From an uncultured Bacilli bacterium (GTDB lineage: Bacteria; Bacillota_I; Bacilli_A; RFN20; CAG-826), in contig CALVPP010000002.1 in assembly GCA_944351395.1 (NCBI GenBank), forward strand, positions 1 through 57,619: a stretch of 57,619 bases of DNA, written 5' to 3'. Numbering within the stretch: position 1 is the first letter of the stretch; the number at the start of each line of letters is the position of its first letter. This document shows positions 57,372 to 57,619 of the stretch, one piece after another. Made by a program: the position numbers and the translations under genes. The notes beneath the pieces were generated by a model. The model did no database searches, had not been told where the DNA came from, and saw only the letters and a list, made by a program, of their open reading frames with translations.

Positions 57372-57619
57372 AAATATAGTCTATGTGTTTATTATTTAAT
57401 CATGAATGAAACCAATTTTCAATTTTACTTATGAGTAAAACATCAATGCACAAAAACATTTATTATTCTCTTTGATGAAATATAATCTTTTTTTGCATAT
57501 TTAAAGGAACCAGAATAAAGATAAAATCTTTACTTAAAATACATCCTGTTTTCCGTAGATACTAATTAATTATTTTTGTTTAATCAAAGATTAATATTTT
57601 GTTTTGGTCTTGTGTTGCA

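Noticed and set aside
1-57619. Prophage, ICE, or a large genomic island spanning the accessory genes
   Set aside because: There are no integrase, recombinase, phage structural or conjugation genes. The accessory genes occur as separate 1-3-gene islets embedded in conserved housekeeping synteny. The IS3 transposase is the only mobility gene.

Overview
This 57.6-kb chromosomal window comes from a low-GC Firmicutes/Tenericutes-type genome. Supporting signs are many Cys-lipobox lipoproteins, a ClpB lacking its N-domain under a CIRCE operator, no SecA zinc tail, and both RF1 and a UGA-frameshifted RF2, which implies the standard genetic code. An Acholeplasma- or Erysipelotrichia-like organism is my unverified guess. 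The backbone is conserved housekeeping. On the minus strand: tRNA-His, gpmA, folD, secG, clpB, uvrB, prfB-secA, comFA-comFC, and rpiB-tsaC-prmC-prfA. On the plus strand: dnaX-ybaB-recR-tmk-holB-ricT-rsmI. Small accessory islets interrupt this backbone. (1) An intact IS3-family element sits in the loop of a terminator hairpin. (2) A solitary AAA+/DUF4143-type ATPase lies behind a 23-bp tandem repeat. (3) A two-gene ABC-ATPase + RloB/Toprim module (AbiL/RloAB-like) is a candidate anti-phage system. (4) A complete DpnII-type GATC restriction-modification cassette (dpnM-dpnA-dpnB-like) is wedged between the comF operon and secA. The most unusual locus in my reading is the anaerobic ribonucleotide reductase operon. 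NrdD carries a fused C-terminal CxxC thioredoxin-fold domain. It is followed by a thioredoxin-reductase homologue that has lost both NADPH-binding motifs. nrdG converges on it, and a flavodoxin/ferredoxin (EFR1) gene lies nearby. Other points of interest are a ThyX-fold protein with a degenerate active-site motif translationally coupled to folD, a very acidic 863-aa lipoprotein with three tandem C-terminal modules, tandem paralogous lipoproteins, a giant fused activase/dehydratase-like pair, and a P-II-like gene pair. I found no rRNA, CRISPR array or prophage. All calls come from reading the supplied translations and the DNA by eye; no searches were run.
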